DNA of 64,000 nucleotides from Candidatus Bathyarchaeota archaeon (GCA_963833125.1 CAWHWX010000014.1:32001-96000), one strand, 5' to 3'. Shown: positions 11,347 through 20,269, counted from the stretch's first letter. Program-made: numbers and translations. Notes: generated by a model from the sequence alone, not told the origin.

Positions 11347-11376
11347 GTGTGTGTGGCCGGTGAAATTTGAATCGTC
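11347..11376 (-). repeat. Degenerate tRNA 3'-end/CACAC site
   Basis: rc: gacga-TTCAAAT-ttcac-cggccac-a-cacac. Confidence 0.4.
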
Positions 11377-11462
11377 GGAGATGTGATTCAGATCGGCCCA
11401 ACGCAATACTTGGTTCTTCTTATTTCGAGTAAATTCGTTACCAATGAAGTGACTGCTCGCAG

Positions 11463-11942
11463 CTAGTGAGTTTGAGTTCTTGATGCTATTGCGGCGTGTG
11501 CAAGTTTTTCCCCGGGTGAGCCTCTCCAGCCACGTATTGTCCTCCAGAGATTGTAGAAATGCAGGTACAAAGCGATAACCAGTAAGGAGAGTGAGCCGAG
11601 CACAAGAAACTTCGAATCGAAACTGTAAGGGAGCATTCCGGAAAAACCTACGCTCATTCCGATAACTCCGATATTCATCAACCAAAATTGGATCTTCGCA
11701 AGTCTTAGGCTATGAAGGAAAGCATGAGCGAATGATGGAACAAACAGGTAGGACAAACCGAATATCATCATTGCCACGAAACCATAAAGCTGCATGAAGT
11801 AGAATGCTGTCATCTCAAAAGAAAGCACGTGACCGAAAGTCAGCAGAAGCAACGTCCCTCCTGCAACAAGGTAAATGAGACTTGCCTTCACATACCTTAA
11901 ACTCAGCTGCATAACGACAGCCGCAATCGGCCCCTGAGCCAA
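11463..11942 (-). CDS. 4-TM membrane protein, heme-copper oxidase subunit I-like fragment family
   Basis: YVKASLIYLVAG, LYGFVAMMIFGLSY..P.F, LAKIQFWLMNIG pattern; the His usual before LYGF is absent. Confidence 0.5.
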   Translation of the reverse strand: MAQGPIAAVVMQLSLRYVKASLIYLVAGGTLLLLTFGHVLSFEMTAFYFMQLYGFVAMMIFGLSYLFVPSFAHAFLHSLRLAKIQFWLMNIGVIGMSVGFSGMLPYSFDSKFLVLGSLSLLVIALYLHFYNLWRTIRGWRGSPGEKLAHAAIASRTQTH

Positions 11943-12210
11943 AATCGTAATACCAGCATCTCAGCGTCCAGGTTCTATCAATATTAGTGTAACTGAAAAT
12001 AAGGCGAAGTTTTCTCTGTCAACTCACCAACGATTGAGCGCCGATGGTATCCTCTGCTGTGAACCCACAATCCATCGGTATAAGTAGCGTCTCGATCCGG
12101 CAACGGTTGGGTTGAAGCGTTAGACCGTAAGCTTTTGTTGCACCAACTACTGTCCGCTCGAATGAATCATAGGAACAATCAGGGAAGAGTCAGCGGGGTG
12201 CAAGTACGTT

Positions 12211-12492
12211 ATGGTGAAGAAGACTAAAGTGAAGTGTGTTGCATGTGGGACCGTTGTGCGCGGCCGTCCCGCTTACTTGAGATTGAAGATTACTCATAGT
12301 CAACCAAGTTTGATTGAGTCATCGAAAGCGTTGGGCTTCACCTCGCCAAGTTGGGGAATTGGAGATGTTATGGATGCTCCGATGCATCGTAAGTGCTTCA
12401 GCTTTGCTACACGGGTGTGGAAGCTTGCCTTCGTCACGCGGGCTCTCAGTCCGCGCCGTCACGCCGGCGAACTGCCCCATCCATCCGTTTAG
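12211..12492 (+). CDS. Small hypothetical Zn-finger-like protein
   Basis: CVAC and HRKC pairs; ATG start after a purine-rich tract. Confidence 0.45.
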   Translation: MVKKTKVKCVACGTVVRGRPAYLRLKITHSQPSLIESSKALGFTSPSWGIGDVMDAPMHRKCFSFATRVWKLAFVTRALSPRRHAGELPHPSV

Positions 12493-12507
12493 GCTGCCAA
12501 TGTTTCC

Positions 12508-12708
12508 ATGCTGGTAAGAACCTTGAAATGTCCAACTTGTCCGCATTCCTTGAGCAACCATTGCTGTAGGTGTGACCGTATCATCCCACCCGAGAATCAG
12601 CAGCTCAGAATCCGTCCACTGAGGAACAAAATCAGCAGCGATCTCAGCCTGCATCTGCTATGCGAACAATGCTACGAAGATAGAGCGAGAGCAGCTCAAC
12701 AGGTCTAA
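12508..12708 (+). CDS. Cys-rich Zn-binding microprotein
   Basis: CPTC, CCRC, CEQC in 66 aa. Confidence 0.4.
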   Translation: MLVRTLKCPTCPHSLSNHCCRCDRIIPPENQQLRIRPLRNKISSDLSLHLLCEQCYEDRARAAQQV

Positions 12709-12751
12709 TGAACTACGTTGGAGTTCCCCATGGAGGGCATCTAGTCTGTGG

Positions 12752-12791
12752 GTGTGGGTCTAGTGGCGCGGGCAAGCAAATTTGAAACGGG
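12752..12791 (-). repeat. tRNA 3'-end/CACAC hybrid site
   Basis: rc: cccgt-TTCAAAT-ttgct-tgcccgc-g-CCA-ctagacc-cacac; same tail as the 33547 site. Confidence 0.65.
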
Positions 12792-12826
12792 TTATATATA
12801 CCGGTAAATTGGGGACAGGATTCCCT
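12782..12826 (+). repeat. Left copy of 45-bp direct repeat flanking the riboflavin operon
   Basis: 36/45 ungapped identity to 18270..18314 (counted by hand). Confidence 0.75.
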
Positions 12827-12865
12827 TAGCGACCTCTAAGTCTTACTCGGGACAAATTGTGGGAT

Positions 12866-12958
12866 AACTTATTTTTTAGTTCCTACGATCGTAGTAGTAA
12901 CGCTTATTAGATGTTGCACGGATCTACTCGTAATTTAGTTAATACTCATTTACTAGTA
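12866..12958. promoter_or_regulatory. Tandem WACT-N8-AGTW palindromes upstream of ribB (candidate RbkR operators)
   Basis: Sites at 12866 AACT-N8-AGTT, 12884 TACG-N8-AGTA, 12925 TACT-N8-AGTT, 12943 TACT-N8-AGTA; two pairs with 18-bp period. Confidence 0.55.
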
Positions 12959-12981
12959 ATCGATAAATACCGTTTTTCGCT

Positions 12982-13704
12982 GTGTTCGGTGATATGATGA
13001 CCTCTGAGTATCTAACGAACAATCTCGATGCTGCGATTAGCGGATTGAGAGAGGGGAGATTCCTCCTGCTTCATGACTCGGACTCTCGGGAAGATGAAGT
13101 GGATATGGTCGTCGCAGCTGAGCGAGTTACTCCAGAACACATTAGAGCGATGAGAACCGACGCGGGCGGTCTAGTGTGCGTTGCTCTCGATAATGAAATT
13201 GGACGAGCTTTAGGGATCCCGTATCTGCAGGACGTTCTTTTGTCAGCCTCGGAGAAATACCCTCTCCTTCGGTCACTTCATGAAGAAATCGCACCCTACG
13301 GGGGGAAGTCAGCGTTTTCAATAACTGTAAACCACCGACGAACCTTCACAGGCATAACTGATCGAGACAGAGCGCTAACAATCAGAGAATTGGCAAAGCA
13401 AACCAAAGCCGCTGTTAACAGAGAAGCAGATTGTCAGAAAACATTTGCTTCGGAATTCAAAGCTCCGGGACACGTACACCTCCTCTTGGAGGCTCAAGGT
13501 TCACTGAGAGAAAGGCGTGGGCACACGGAGTTATCGGTGTACTTGACTAAGCTCGCAGGCCTGACCCCAGCCGCCGTAATCTGCGAGATGCTTGATGGGA
13601 AGACTCACGACGCGCTCACCGTTGAAAACGCAACAAATTACGGTCAAATGCATTCGATCCCGCTCCTGGATGGGCAGCAATTGGTAACCCGTTTTCTGGG
13701 ATAG
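12982..13704 (+). CDS. ribB: 3,4-dihydroxy-2-butanone 4-phosphate synthase (archaeal type)
   Basis: DSDSREDEVDM, FSITVNH..TFTGITDRDRA, PGHV, RRGHTE, CEM. Confidence 0.95.
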   Translation: MFGDMMTSEYLTNNLDAAISGLREGRFLLLHDSDSREDEVDMVVAAERVTPEHIRAMRTDAGGLVCVALDNEIGRALGIPYLQDVLLSASEKYPLLRSLHEEIAPYGGKSAFSITVNHRRTFTGITDRDRALTIRELAKQTKAAVNREADCQKTFASEFKAPGHVHLLLEAQGSLRERRGHTELSVYLTKLAGLTPAAVICEMLDGKTHDALTVENATNYGQMHSIPLLDGQQLVTRFLG

Positions 13705-13736
13705 AACCCGAACCGGCCTCACCACTAGCGATCATT

Positions 13737-14198
13737 ATGCCTGACGTCAAATTGGGGATAGTAGTGGCTGAATTCTACGAAGAATTAGCCGGGAAAATGC
13801 TAAAACAAGCCCTGAAACACGCCTCGGAACTCAACGCCCTAACCACCTACGTCTGCAAGGTTCCAGGTTCATACGACATGCCCATTATGATTCAGGCCTT
13901 ACTTGAGAAGAATGACGTTGACGCTGTAGTCACTTTGGGTGCAATAGTGCGCGGGAAAACCAAACACGACGAGGTCATCGCGCATGCACTCGTCACCAAA
14001 ATGGTGGAACTATCTCTCCGCTACAAGAAGCCTGTGACGCTTGGAGTCGCCGGCCCAGGGATGACATTTCAGCAGGGGAAGACCCGGTCGAAGGACTTCG
14101 CGAATCGAAGTGTGGGCGCTGCTATCAAACTGGTTCTTCGCCAGAGAGACCTAACAAAACGAAGGTTGAATCCGACTTATCCGGTAGTGATAGAATAA
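13737..14198 (+). CDS. ribH: 6,7-dimethyl-8-ribityllumazine synthase
   Basis: GIVVAEF, VPGSYDMP, LGAIVRGKTKHDEVI, PVTLGV.GPGM. Confidence 0.95.
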   Translation: MPDVKLGIVVAEFYEELAGKMLKQALKHASELNALTTYVCKVPGSYDMPIMIQALLEKNDVDAVVTLGAIVRGKTKHDEVIAHALVTKMVELSLRYKKPVTLGVAGPGMTFQQGKTRSKDFANRSVGAAIKLVLRQRDLTKRRLNPTYPVVIE

Positions 14199-14966
14199 TT
14201 GAGCATCAATCAAGTCCAAATGACGTTAATCCAACTTGACAATTACGGACCTTGGACCGGGACGCTCGGCAGCGATAGAGAACATAAGCTTCAGATCCTT
14301 CAGGCAGAGTTGTACTCCGCGATTGAAGGAAGTTTTGCTGACCGAGGAGGACTCGTTTTCTTCAACAGATTTGACGAAATGCTAGCCGTCTCAAACGGCA
14401 TAACAGAAACTGAGCATAAGAAGATCATTGACGATTTGCAAAAAGAATTCCCGGTAACCCTCAGCATGGGCATAGGAGTAGCTAAAACGCCTTTTCAAGC
14501 CCAGTTGAGGGCGTCCAAACTTCTCCAAGAGAGAGGAAGCGCTCAATCGCCGACAAGAAGAAGCATGATCGCTCACCAAGGATCTCTAGAATTAGCTAGG
14601 TCCTATGTCCAGGTTGCCCATTTCGACATCGATGGGATAACTGAAACCCACACAGATCACGCCTCTGCCTACGACACATCATTGTTTATCATGACATTAG
14701 GTGCCGAACTTATGCAGTCGTTCAGAGAACAAGAAGCGCTGTTGTTCTTCGTGGGCGGCGACAACTTCATAGGCGTAGCTAACGGCGTGAGCGTTGAACA
14801 AATAGAGTCACTCCTCACACACTACCGTTCTAGAAACATCAAAATGAAGTGCGGAATCGGAATCAGCCGGGCGGGAAGGAAAGCGGCAGAACTCGCCACC
14901 CTGAACCTGGACCTCATCCGAAATACAAACGGTGGCAAATCGATTCTATCAACGACAAGTCTGTGA
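14199..14966 (+). CDS. gch3: GTP cyclohydrolase III
   Basis: IQLDNYGPWT, REHKLQILQA, RFDEM, AHFDID, GGDNF. Confidence 0.93.
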   Translation: MSINQVQMTLIQLDNYGPWTGTLGSDREHKLQILQAELYSAIEGSFADRGGLVFFNRFDEMLAVSNGITETEHKKIIDDLQKEFPVTLSMGIGVAKTPFQAQLRASKLLQERGSAQSPTRRSMIAHQGSLELARSYVQVAHFDIDGITETHTDHASAYDTSLFIMTLGAELMQSFREQEALLFFVGGDNFIGVANGVSVEQIESLLTHYRSRNIKMKCGIGISRAGRKAAELATLNLDLIRNTNGGKSILSTTSL

Positions 14967-16220
14967 ATCGAACCATGGAGAGCCTTGTAGAGAACGTTTC
15001 CCTAATTCTCGGTGAAGATTTTCAGGTAATCAAAAACGGCTATATCGTAATCGATGGCGGCAAGATCGCTTCAGCAGGCGAAGGAGAACCGCCCAGTTCC
15101 ACGCAGAGCTCGAGAAATGTCCTGAACGGACAAGGGCTACTTGCAATTCCAGGCCTGATTGATGCCCACACCCACCTAGCGGATTCAGTAGCCAAGGATT
15201 TGGGAACTGGGTCAAGCCTTGACGTGCTCGTCCATCCTATTCATGGGTTGAAGACTACTCTCCTCAAGGAGGCGCCTGAAGCACAGATTTGTGAGGCCAT
15301 GGCGGCGACTGCGGGAGACATGCTTGCTTCAGGCATCACTACTTTCGCAGACTTCAGAGAAGGAGGACTAGCAGGCGCTCAGTTAGCCGAAAGGGCTCTT
15401 CGCAGAAACAAGTTACGCGCACTGATTCTTGGAAGACCGAACTATCACTTCAGTGAGGAACTCGTGGTTGACGAATCGAGGCAACTAACCCCAGAGACAA
15501 TGCTCGAACTACAACAGACCCTGGAATTGTGCAGTGGCCTTGGTATAAGCGGCCCTAACGAATATAGCGATAATGCAATGAAGCAAATTTCTCGGATCGC
15601 GAAAGGCACGTGTAAACTGGTCGGAGTGCATGCATCGGAGAGTGCGAAATCGAGACAATTCTCACATGAAAAATTCTCCAGAAGTGAAGTAGAGAGAGCA
15701 TTAGATCACTTAAGGCCCGACTTCCTAGTCCATCTCACGAATTCAACAGTCGAAGAATGGGAGAGGGTTTCCAAGAACCACGTACCCGTCGTTTGCTGCC
15801 CAAGGGCAAATTCAATTCTCGGTCTAGGATTCCCACCAATCCTTGAACTCATCGAAAACGGCGTCACTGTGGCATTGGGGACGGACAATGTTATGCTCAA
15901 CACCCCAGACATGTTTAGAGAGATGGACTACACTTCGAAAATGCTTCGAGCCAAACGGACTTGACGCAGGGGCGATATCGCCAAGAGAGATATTGAAGAT
16001 GGCCACGGTGAATGCGGCGAAAGCTCTAGGATTAGGTTCGGAGTTAGGATGTATCGAGGAAGGAAAGAGAGCTGACATAGCATTCCTCAACCTGAACAGC
16101 CCTAACCTCTGCTTCTCGAAGGACCTGATATCTTCAGTCGTTCACAGAGCCAGGCCAGATGATGTAAAATGCGTGTTGATAGACGGAGAGGTCGTGCATG
16201 GGTCAATTCCCACCAACTGA
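14963..16220 (+). CDS. Metal-dependent amidohydrolase, deaminase-like (frameshift ~15955)
   Basis: PGLIDAHTHLAD, DFREGG, HASE, CCPRAN, GTDN, MATVNAAKAL; GTGA overlap with the gch3 stop. Confidence 0.85.
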
Positions 16221-16876
16221 GTTTCACAAGAGGCCCAGAGTCCTACTCGCTGCAGCTATGACCTTGGATGGTAAGATAGCTACCCGAGCGCGAGATTCCA
16301 GTATATCATCAACGGTTGACTTGAAAAAACTCCACAGATTAAGGAGCCGGGTAGACGCAGTAATGATAGGAAGGGGAACACAGGTTAAGGACAACCCCCG
16401 CTTGACAGTCAGGCGGATAAAAGGGAAAAACCCAGTTCGAATTGTTATTGATAGTCTTGCGAGAACACCGCCAAATGCGAAGGCTTTGTCTAAAGAGGGC
16501 GGCAGCACGATTATTGCTGTGTCAAACAAAGCGCCCAAGAGTCGCATAGACCGACTGCAACTAAAGGGCGCCAGGATCATCCGCTGCGGGAATCGACATG
16601 TGGACCTCAGAAAACTACTCACAATTCTACGGAGGATGGGAATCAGAAGCGTGTTGCTTGAGGGAGGAGGTAAGCTGAATTGGTCAATGTTGCTCGAGAA
16701 ATTGGTGGACGAAATCCAGGTTACCGTATCACCATTCGTCGTCGGCGGAGAGAAAGCCACGACGTTGGTCGAAGGATTCGGTGTAGATAGAATGAGTCAC
16801 GCCGATCAGGCTGTCGCTATTAAGAGCAAACCGGAACGGAAACGAACTAATCCTGAGGTACAAGGTGAGAAATTAG
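16198..16876 (+). CDS. arfC: 2,5-diamino-6-ribosylamino-4(3H)-pyrimidinone 5'-phosphate reductase (RibD C-terminal type; frameshift ~16803)
   Basis: AMTLDGKIA, LHRLR..DAVMIG, DNPRLTVR, LEGGGKLN; true C-terminus IRLSLL...NELILRYKVRN* in alternate frame. Confidence 0.85.
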
Positions 16877-17637
16877 TGCAAGCCGACGCACAGCACTTAT
16901 CGACATTGACCTGGGAGAAGGTTGGGGAATCCATCAAAGCCCACACATCCAAAGTAATTATTCCCATTGGGAGTCTAGAACAACACGGCCCACATCTACC
17001 ACTCTCAACAGACACGACAATTGCGGATTACGTCGCCAAGCATGTAGCAAGACGATGCGCAGACACGTTCCTAATGCCACCATTGCAGCTTGGCTGCTCT
17101 AGTGAGCACCTTGGGTTTGCCGGAACAATATCCCTTCAGCCAGAGACGATATCCAGAATTATCCTCGACATTTCTAATAGCCTTCTGAAGAGTGGGTTAA
17201 GCGAGTTATTCATCGTAAACGGTCACGGCGGCAACAGAGGACCCTTAGACGCAGCAATAACCAAGGCCAAAGAAACGATTCCCGCAATTCGGCTTTACTC
17301 ATTTACGATCGTCGATATCGTCAAAGGAAAATTCGATGAAATTCGCAAGTCAGCAAGAGGACTTGTTGGCCACGCAGACGAGATTGAAACCTCAATGATG
17401 CTCGTCATCCAACCTGAAACTGTTGACATGTCGAAGGCAGTTTGCGAAGAACCCTCGCTGCCCAAGGGTCTATCTTTTGAAAGAGAGGACCTAGCGAAAA
17501 TGTCGTTCGCGTGGACGGCGAAGGAATTGACAAGGACGGGTGTAATTGGGGATCCCCAGGTAGCCGCCCCTGAGACCGGCAAGGTTCTGCTTGACTTTGC
17601 GATTGATTTCATTTCCAAATCAATCAACGAACTTTGA
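16876..17637 (+). CDS. arfB: Creatininase-family formamide hydrolase (FAPy deformylase)
   Basis: PIGSLEQHGPHLPL.TD, SEH..FAGT, NGHGGN, HADEIETS, GVIGDP; operon context with gch3. Confidence 0.8.
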   Translation: MQADAQHLSTLTWEKVGESIKAHTSKVIIPIGSLEQHGPHLPLSTDTTIADYVAKHVARRCADTFLMPPLQLGCSSEHLGFAGTISLQPETISRIILDISNSLLKSGLSELFIVNGHGGNRGPLDAAITKAKETIPAIRLYSFTIVDIVKGKFDEIRKSARGLVGHADEIETSMMLVIQPETVDMSKAVCEEPSLPKGLSFEREDLAKMSFAWTAKELTRTGVIGDPQVAAPETGKVLLDFAIDFISKSINEL

Positions 17638-17649
17638 AGGTTGCTCGAA

Positions 17650-18249
17650 ATGTTCGCAGGCATTGTGGAGCAGCTAGCCACCGTCATCTCAACTTCGAAG
17701 CCTCCGGGCAAAACCGCTTCGATACAATTGAAACTGGGAGCCTTGGGGAAAGATGTCAGAAAGGGAGAGAGTCTATGTGTAAACGGCGTGTGCCTGACCG
17801 TTACGTCGAACCGTAAGGGAATCGTCTCTCTTAGCGTCATCGAAGAAACCTTGCGTGTCACGAACCTTGGGTTACTCGTTAAAGGCACAAAGGTAAACAT
17901 TGAGCGAAGCCTGCGGGCCTCGGACAGGATTAGTGGGCATTTTGTTTCTGGCCACGTAGACGGGATTGGAAGAATCGCACAGATAGAGCAAATGCCCGAT
18001 GGATCGGTTAAGACATGGATCAACAGCCGAACCCTCCTCACTTCAATGATGATACCCAAGGGGTCGGTTGCCGTAGATGGGATTAGCCTTACACTAGTTG
18101 ACGTCAAAGAAAATTCGTTCTCAATCTGCCTGATACCACACACGCTTTCAACTACAACACTAGGTTACAAGACCGAAGGCGCCACAGTTAACATCGAAGT
18201 GGACATGATCGGGAAATACGTAAGGAAAGCCATTGAAGAAATCAAATAA
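17650..18249 (+). CDS. ribE: Riboflavin synthase, bacterial/alpha-chain type
   Basis: MFAGIVE, VNGVCLTV, VNIER, GHFVSGHVDG, KGSVAVDGISLT, IPHT, VNIEVD. Confidence 0.93.
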   Translation: MFAGIVEQLATVISTSKPPGKTASIQLKLGALGKDVRKGESLCVNGVCLTVTSNRKGIVSLSVIEETLRVTNLGLLVKGTKVNIERSLRASDRISGHFVSGHVDGIGRIAQIEQMPDGSVKTWINSRTLLTSMMIPKGSVAVDGISLTLVDVKENSFSICLIPHTLSTTTLGYKTEGATVNIEVDMIGKYVRKAIEEIK

Positions 18250-18269
18250 GAAAGCGCCAACAACATAAC

Positions 18270-18314
18270 TTGAAGCAGGGTAAATATATCGGTAAGTTGG
18301 GGTCAGAATCCCCT
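18270..18314 (+). repeat. Right copy of 45-bp direct repeat flanking the riboflavin operon
   Basis: ttgaagcagggtaaatatatcggtaagttggggtcagaatcccct versus 12782..12826. Confidence 0.75.
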
Positions 18315-18400
18315 GCCCTTCTCCGGAGGGTTTGATTCGTCATTCTGACGTATACTTCAGAACAGATCAAGGCAACTAGAACAATTACTTCATGCTTCGT

Positions 18401-18589
18401 CTACGCTGGTAGTTTGGATGCTTGCTGTCCTCTTGTTCCCCAATTGGATTTTGGCACGTCGTGGATTACGATGTGCAGTGATTCGGCTTTTGTTCCGATC
18501 TCTTCAAAAGCTCTTGTTATCCCTTTGATCAGTGTCTCCTTCTGTTCTGAAGTTCTTCCTTCCCACATCTCAACTATGACTACGGGCAT
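18401..18589 (-). CDS. 4-oxalocrotonate tautomerase family protein
   Basis: N-terminal catalytic Pro (MP), GRTSEQK, HDVPKSNWG. Confidence 0.9.
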   Translation of the reverse strand: MPVVIVEMWEGRTSEQKETLIKGITRAFEEIGTKAESLHIVIHDVPKSNWGTRGQQASKLPA

Positions 18590-18716
18590 ACGATTTCACC
18601 TCTTTGCCTAAGCGTGCATGTTGAACTAGGAGGTTTCGCCTGTAGATTGTATTTACTAGTAAACTGGGCTGAAATCTCCTGCCCCATCGCCGGGGCCAGG
18701 CAGGGAAAACATGACC

Positions 18717-18758
18717 GGACTCGCACCTTATTTGGTTCAAGTCCCTCCGGACCCGCCG
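18717..18758 (+). repeat. tRNA 3'-end fragment with 11-6-11 dyad
   Basis: GGACTCGCACC-ttattt-GGTTCAAGTCC (9/11 inverted match) continuing ctc-cggaccc-g-ccg. Confidence 0.5.
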
Positions 18759-18886
18759 CTAATGGGGTTCAGATCCGAATTATAGAAGCTGTACCGGTAC
18801 TTGGGGGTTAGGATCTCCTTCACGATTTCATTTCCTGGCGATTTGCATTTAAGACACGTAAATGCATGAGTTAACTGCGGGAATGC

Positions 18887-19201
18887 TTGGGTATGGCTTT
18901 CTTCCTTTGTAAGCTGATAGCTCCTCGATCAACATTCGCTCAAGACATGACCGAGTCGGAAAGAAAGCTAATGGGGGAACATGGCGGGTACTGGAGAACA
19001 TTGGCAGACAGAGGCGTCGCAGTAGTTTTCGGCCCGGTAATGGATCCTAAGGGAGCCTGGGGTTTGGGCCTCCTAGAAGCAAAAGATGAAACTGAAGTAC
19101 GCGCCTTACTAGCGGACGACCCAGTGACCAAGGCAAATGCTGGTTTCCGGTACGAGATCAATCCGATGGCTCAAGCAACATTACGAAAAGGACTATTCTA
19201 G
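18887..19201 (+). CDS. YciI family protein
   Basis: PR.TF..DMT..E..LM.EH..YW, FGPVMDPKGAWG, DPV. Confidence 0.8.
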   Translation: MGMAFFLCKLIAPRSTFAQDMTESERKLMGEHGGYWRTLADRGVAVVFGPVMDPKGAWGLGLLEAKDETEVRALLADDPVTKANAGFRYEINPMAQATLRKGLF

Positions 19202-19501
19202 CGATAGCAAGTTAGGGCTCGAATTCGAATCTATTCCCAACCTAGATCTAGCTGAATATATCCAGATAGCGAAAAACCGACTGACACAAAAGCCTACAGC
19301 GGAAACCAAGGGTTGCTAGAACCACTAGCTTTTCTCATGTCCCGCCAACTCGACGAAACTTTACAGCGACAAGGGGCCTGTTCAGCCGATGCAGACTTGA
19401 CGTTACCTCTCAAAGACTGGCAGACGAAGTCCCCCTAGTACTCTGGTGAATCTTCGCACAACGATATTCCGTAGCGTTTCCATCCGCTAAAACCGATTCG
19501 T

Positions 19502-19693
19502 ATGAACGGCCTTACGGAAATCAAATGCCAGCACGAAGGGTGCAGAGAAAAGATTCAGATACTTTGCCCTGAAGGCTATTCTACCTGGAGCTATCGAAAA
19601 CCGAGCGACTCGACCAAATACAAGAAAGAACGTTATCCGTGCAAATCTCGCCACGAAACAACCGTCTACTGGACCTTGTCAGGAATACCTTAG
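19502..19693 (+). CDS. Small Zn-ribbon-like hypothetical protein
   Basis: CQHEGC ... CKSRH ligands in 63 aa. Confidence 0.45.
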   Translation: MNGLTEIKCQHEGCREKIQILCPEGYSTWSYRKPSDSTKYKKERYPCKSRHETTVYWTLSGIP

Positions 19694-19811
19694 ATTTGGC
19701 ACGATCAGCCTGAGTGCTGACTAGCCAAGTCCCGGCAAGTGAGACTCTTAAATTCTCGCGTAATTAGACGTAAAATGCGAAACTGAACATTTCATAAGTC
19801 TGTGATAGCGG

Positions 19812-20087
19812 ATGCACATTGGTCTCAAGGAAATTGACCCACAAATCAAGCCTCAAATTGAGGCACCAGCGAAGGTTCTAGCAAAATTGGAGATGCAACG
19901 AGATACCCTAGGTAACGCTACTAACTATCAAGAAAGGTATTTTCTATGGAAGCCGCTTGACGATAGATGTAAGCTACTCAAGAATGAGCTTTTGCAATTA
20001 GGCATAGCCCTCGGAGTAACGAAAGAACAAATTGATTCGACGATTAAAGAAGAAAAATCACGGTTTTCCTCGCCAGCCTCAGTTTAG
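19812..20087 (+). CDS. Hypothetical helical protein
   Basis: Clean ATG ORF with protein-like composition; no motif recognised. Confidence 0.45.
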   Translation: MHIGLKEIDPQIKPQIEAPAKVLAKLEMQRDTLGNATNYQERYFLWKPLDDRCKLLKNELLQLGIALGVTKEQIDSTIKEEKSRFSSPASV

Positions 20088-20269
20088 GCTGATTTTCTAC
20101 TAGAAATCATCCGACGAAAGGTACCACACCTAACCGCTAACCGGTGGAACTCATCAGCCGAATTCAAATCGCACGATTTTCGCACGTGTGACTCGAAGTA
20201 TCCAGGGATAAGGATTATCAGGACGACGACAGAGAACGGTTTTCTGTATCGGTTTGCCGGGTAAATGAA

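Noticed and set aside
16198-17637. Novel ArfC-ArfB fusion protein (479 aa)
   Set aside because: The proper reductase C-terminus and stop (16876) lie in another frame after ~16803, so the fusion is an indel artefact.
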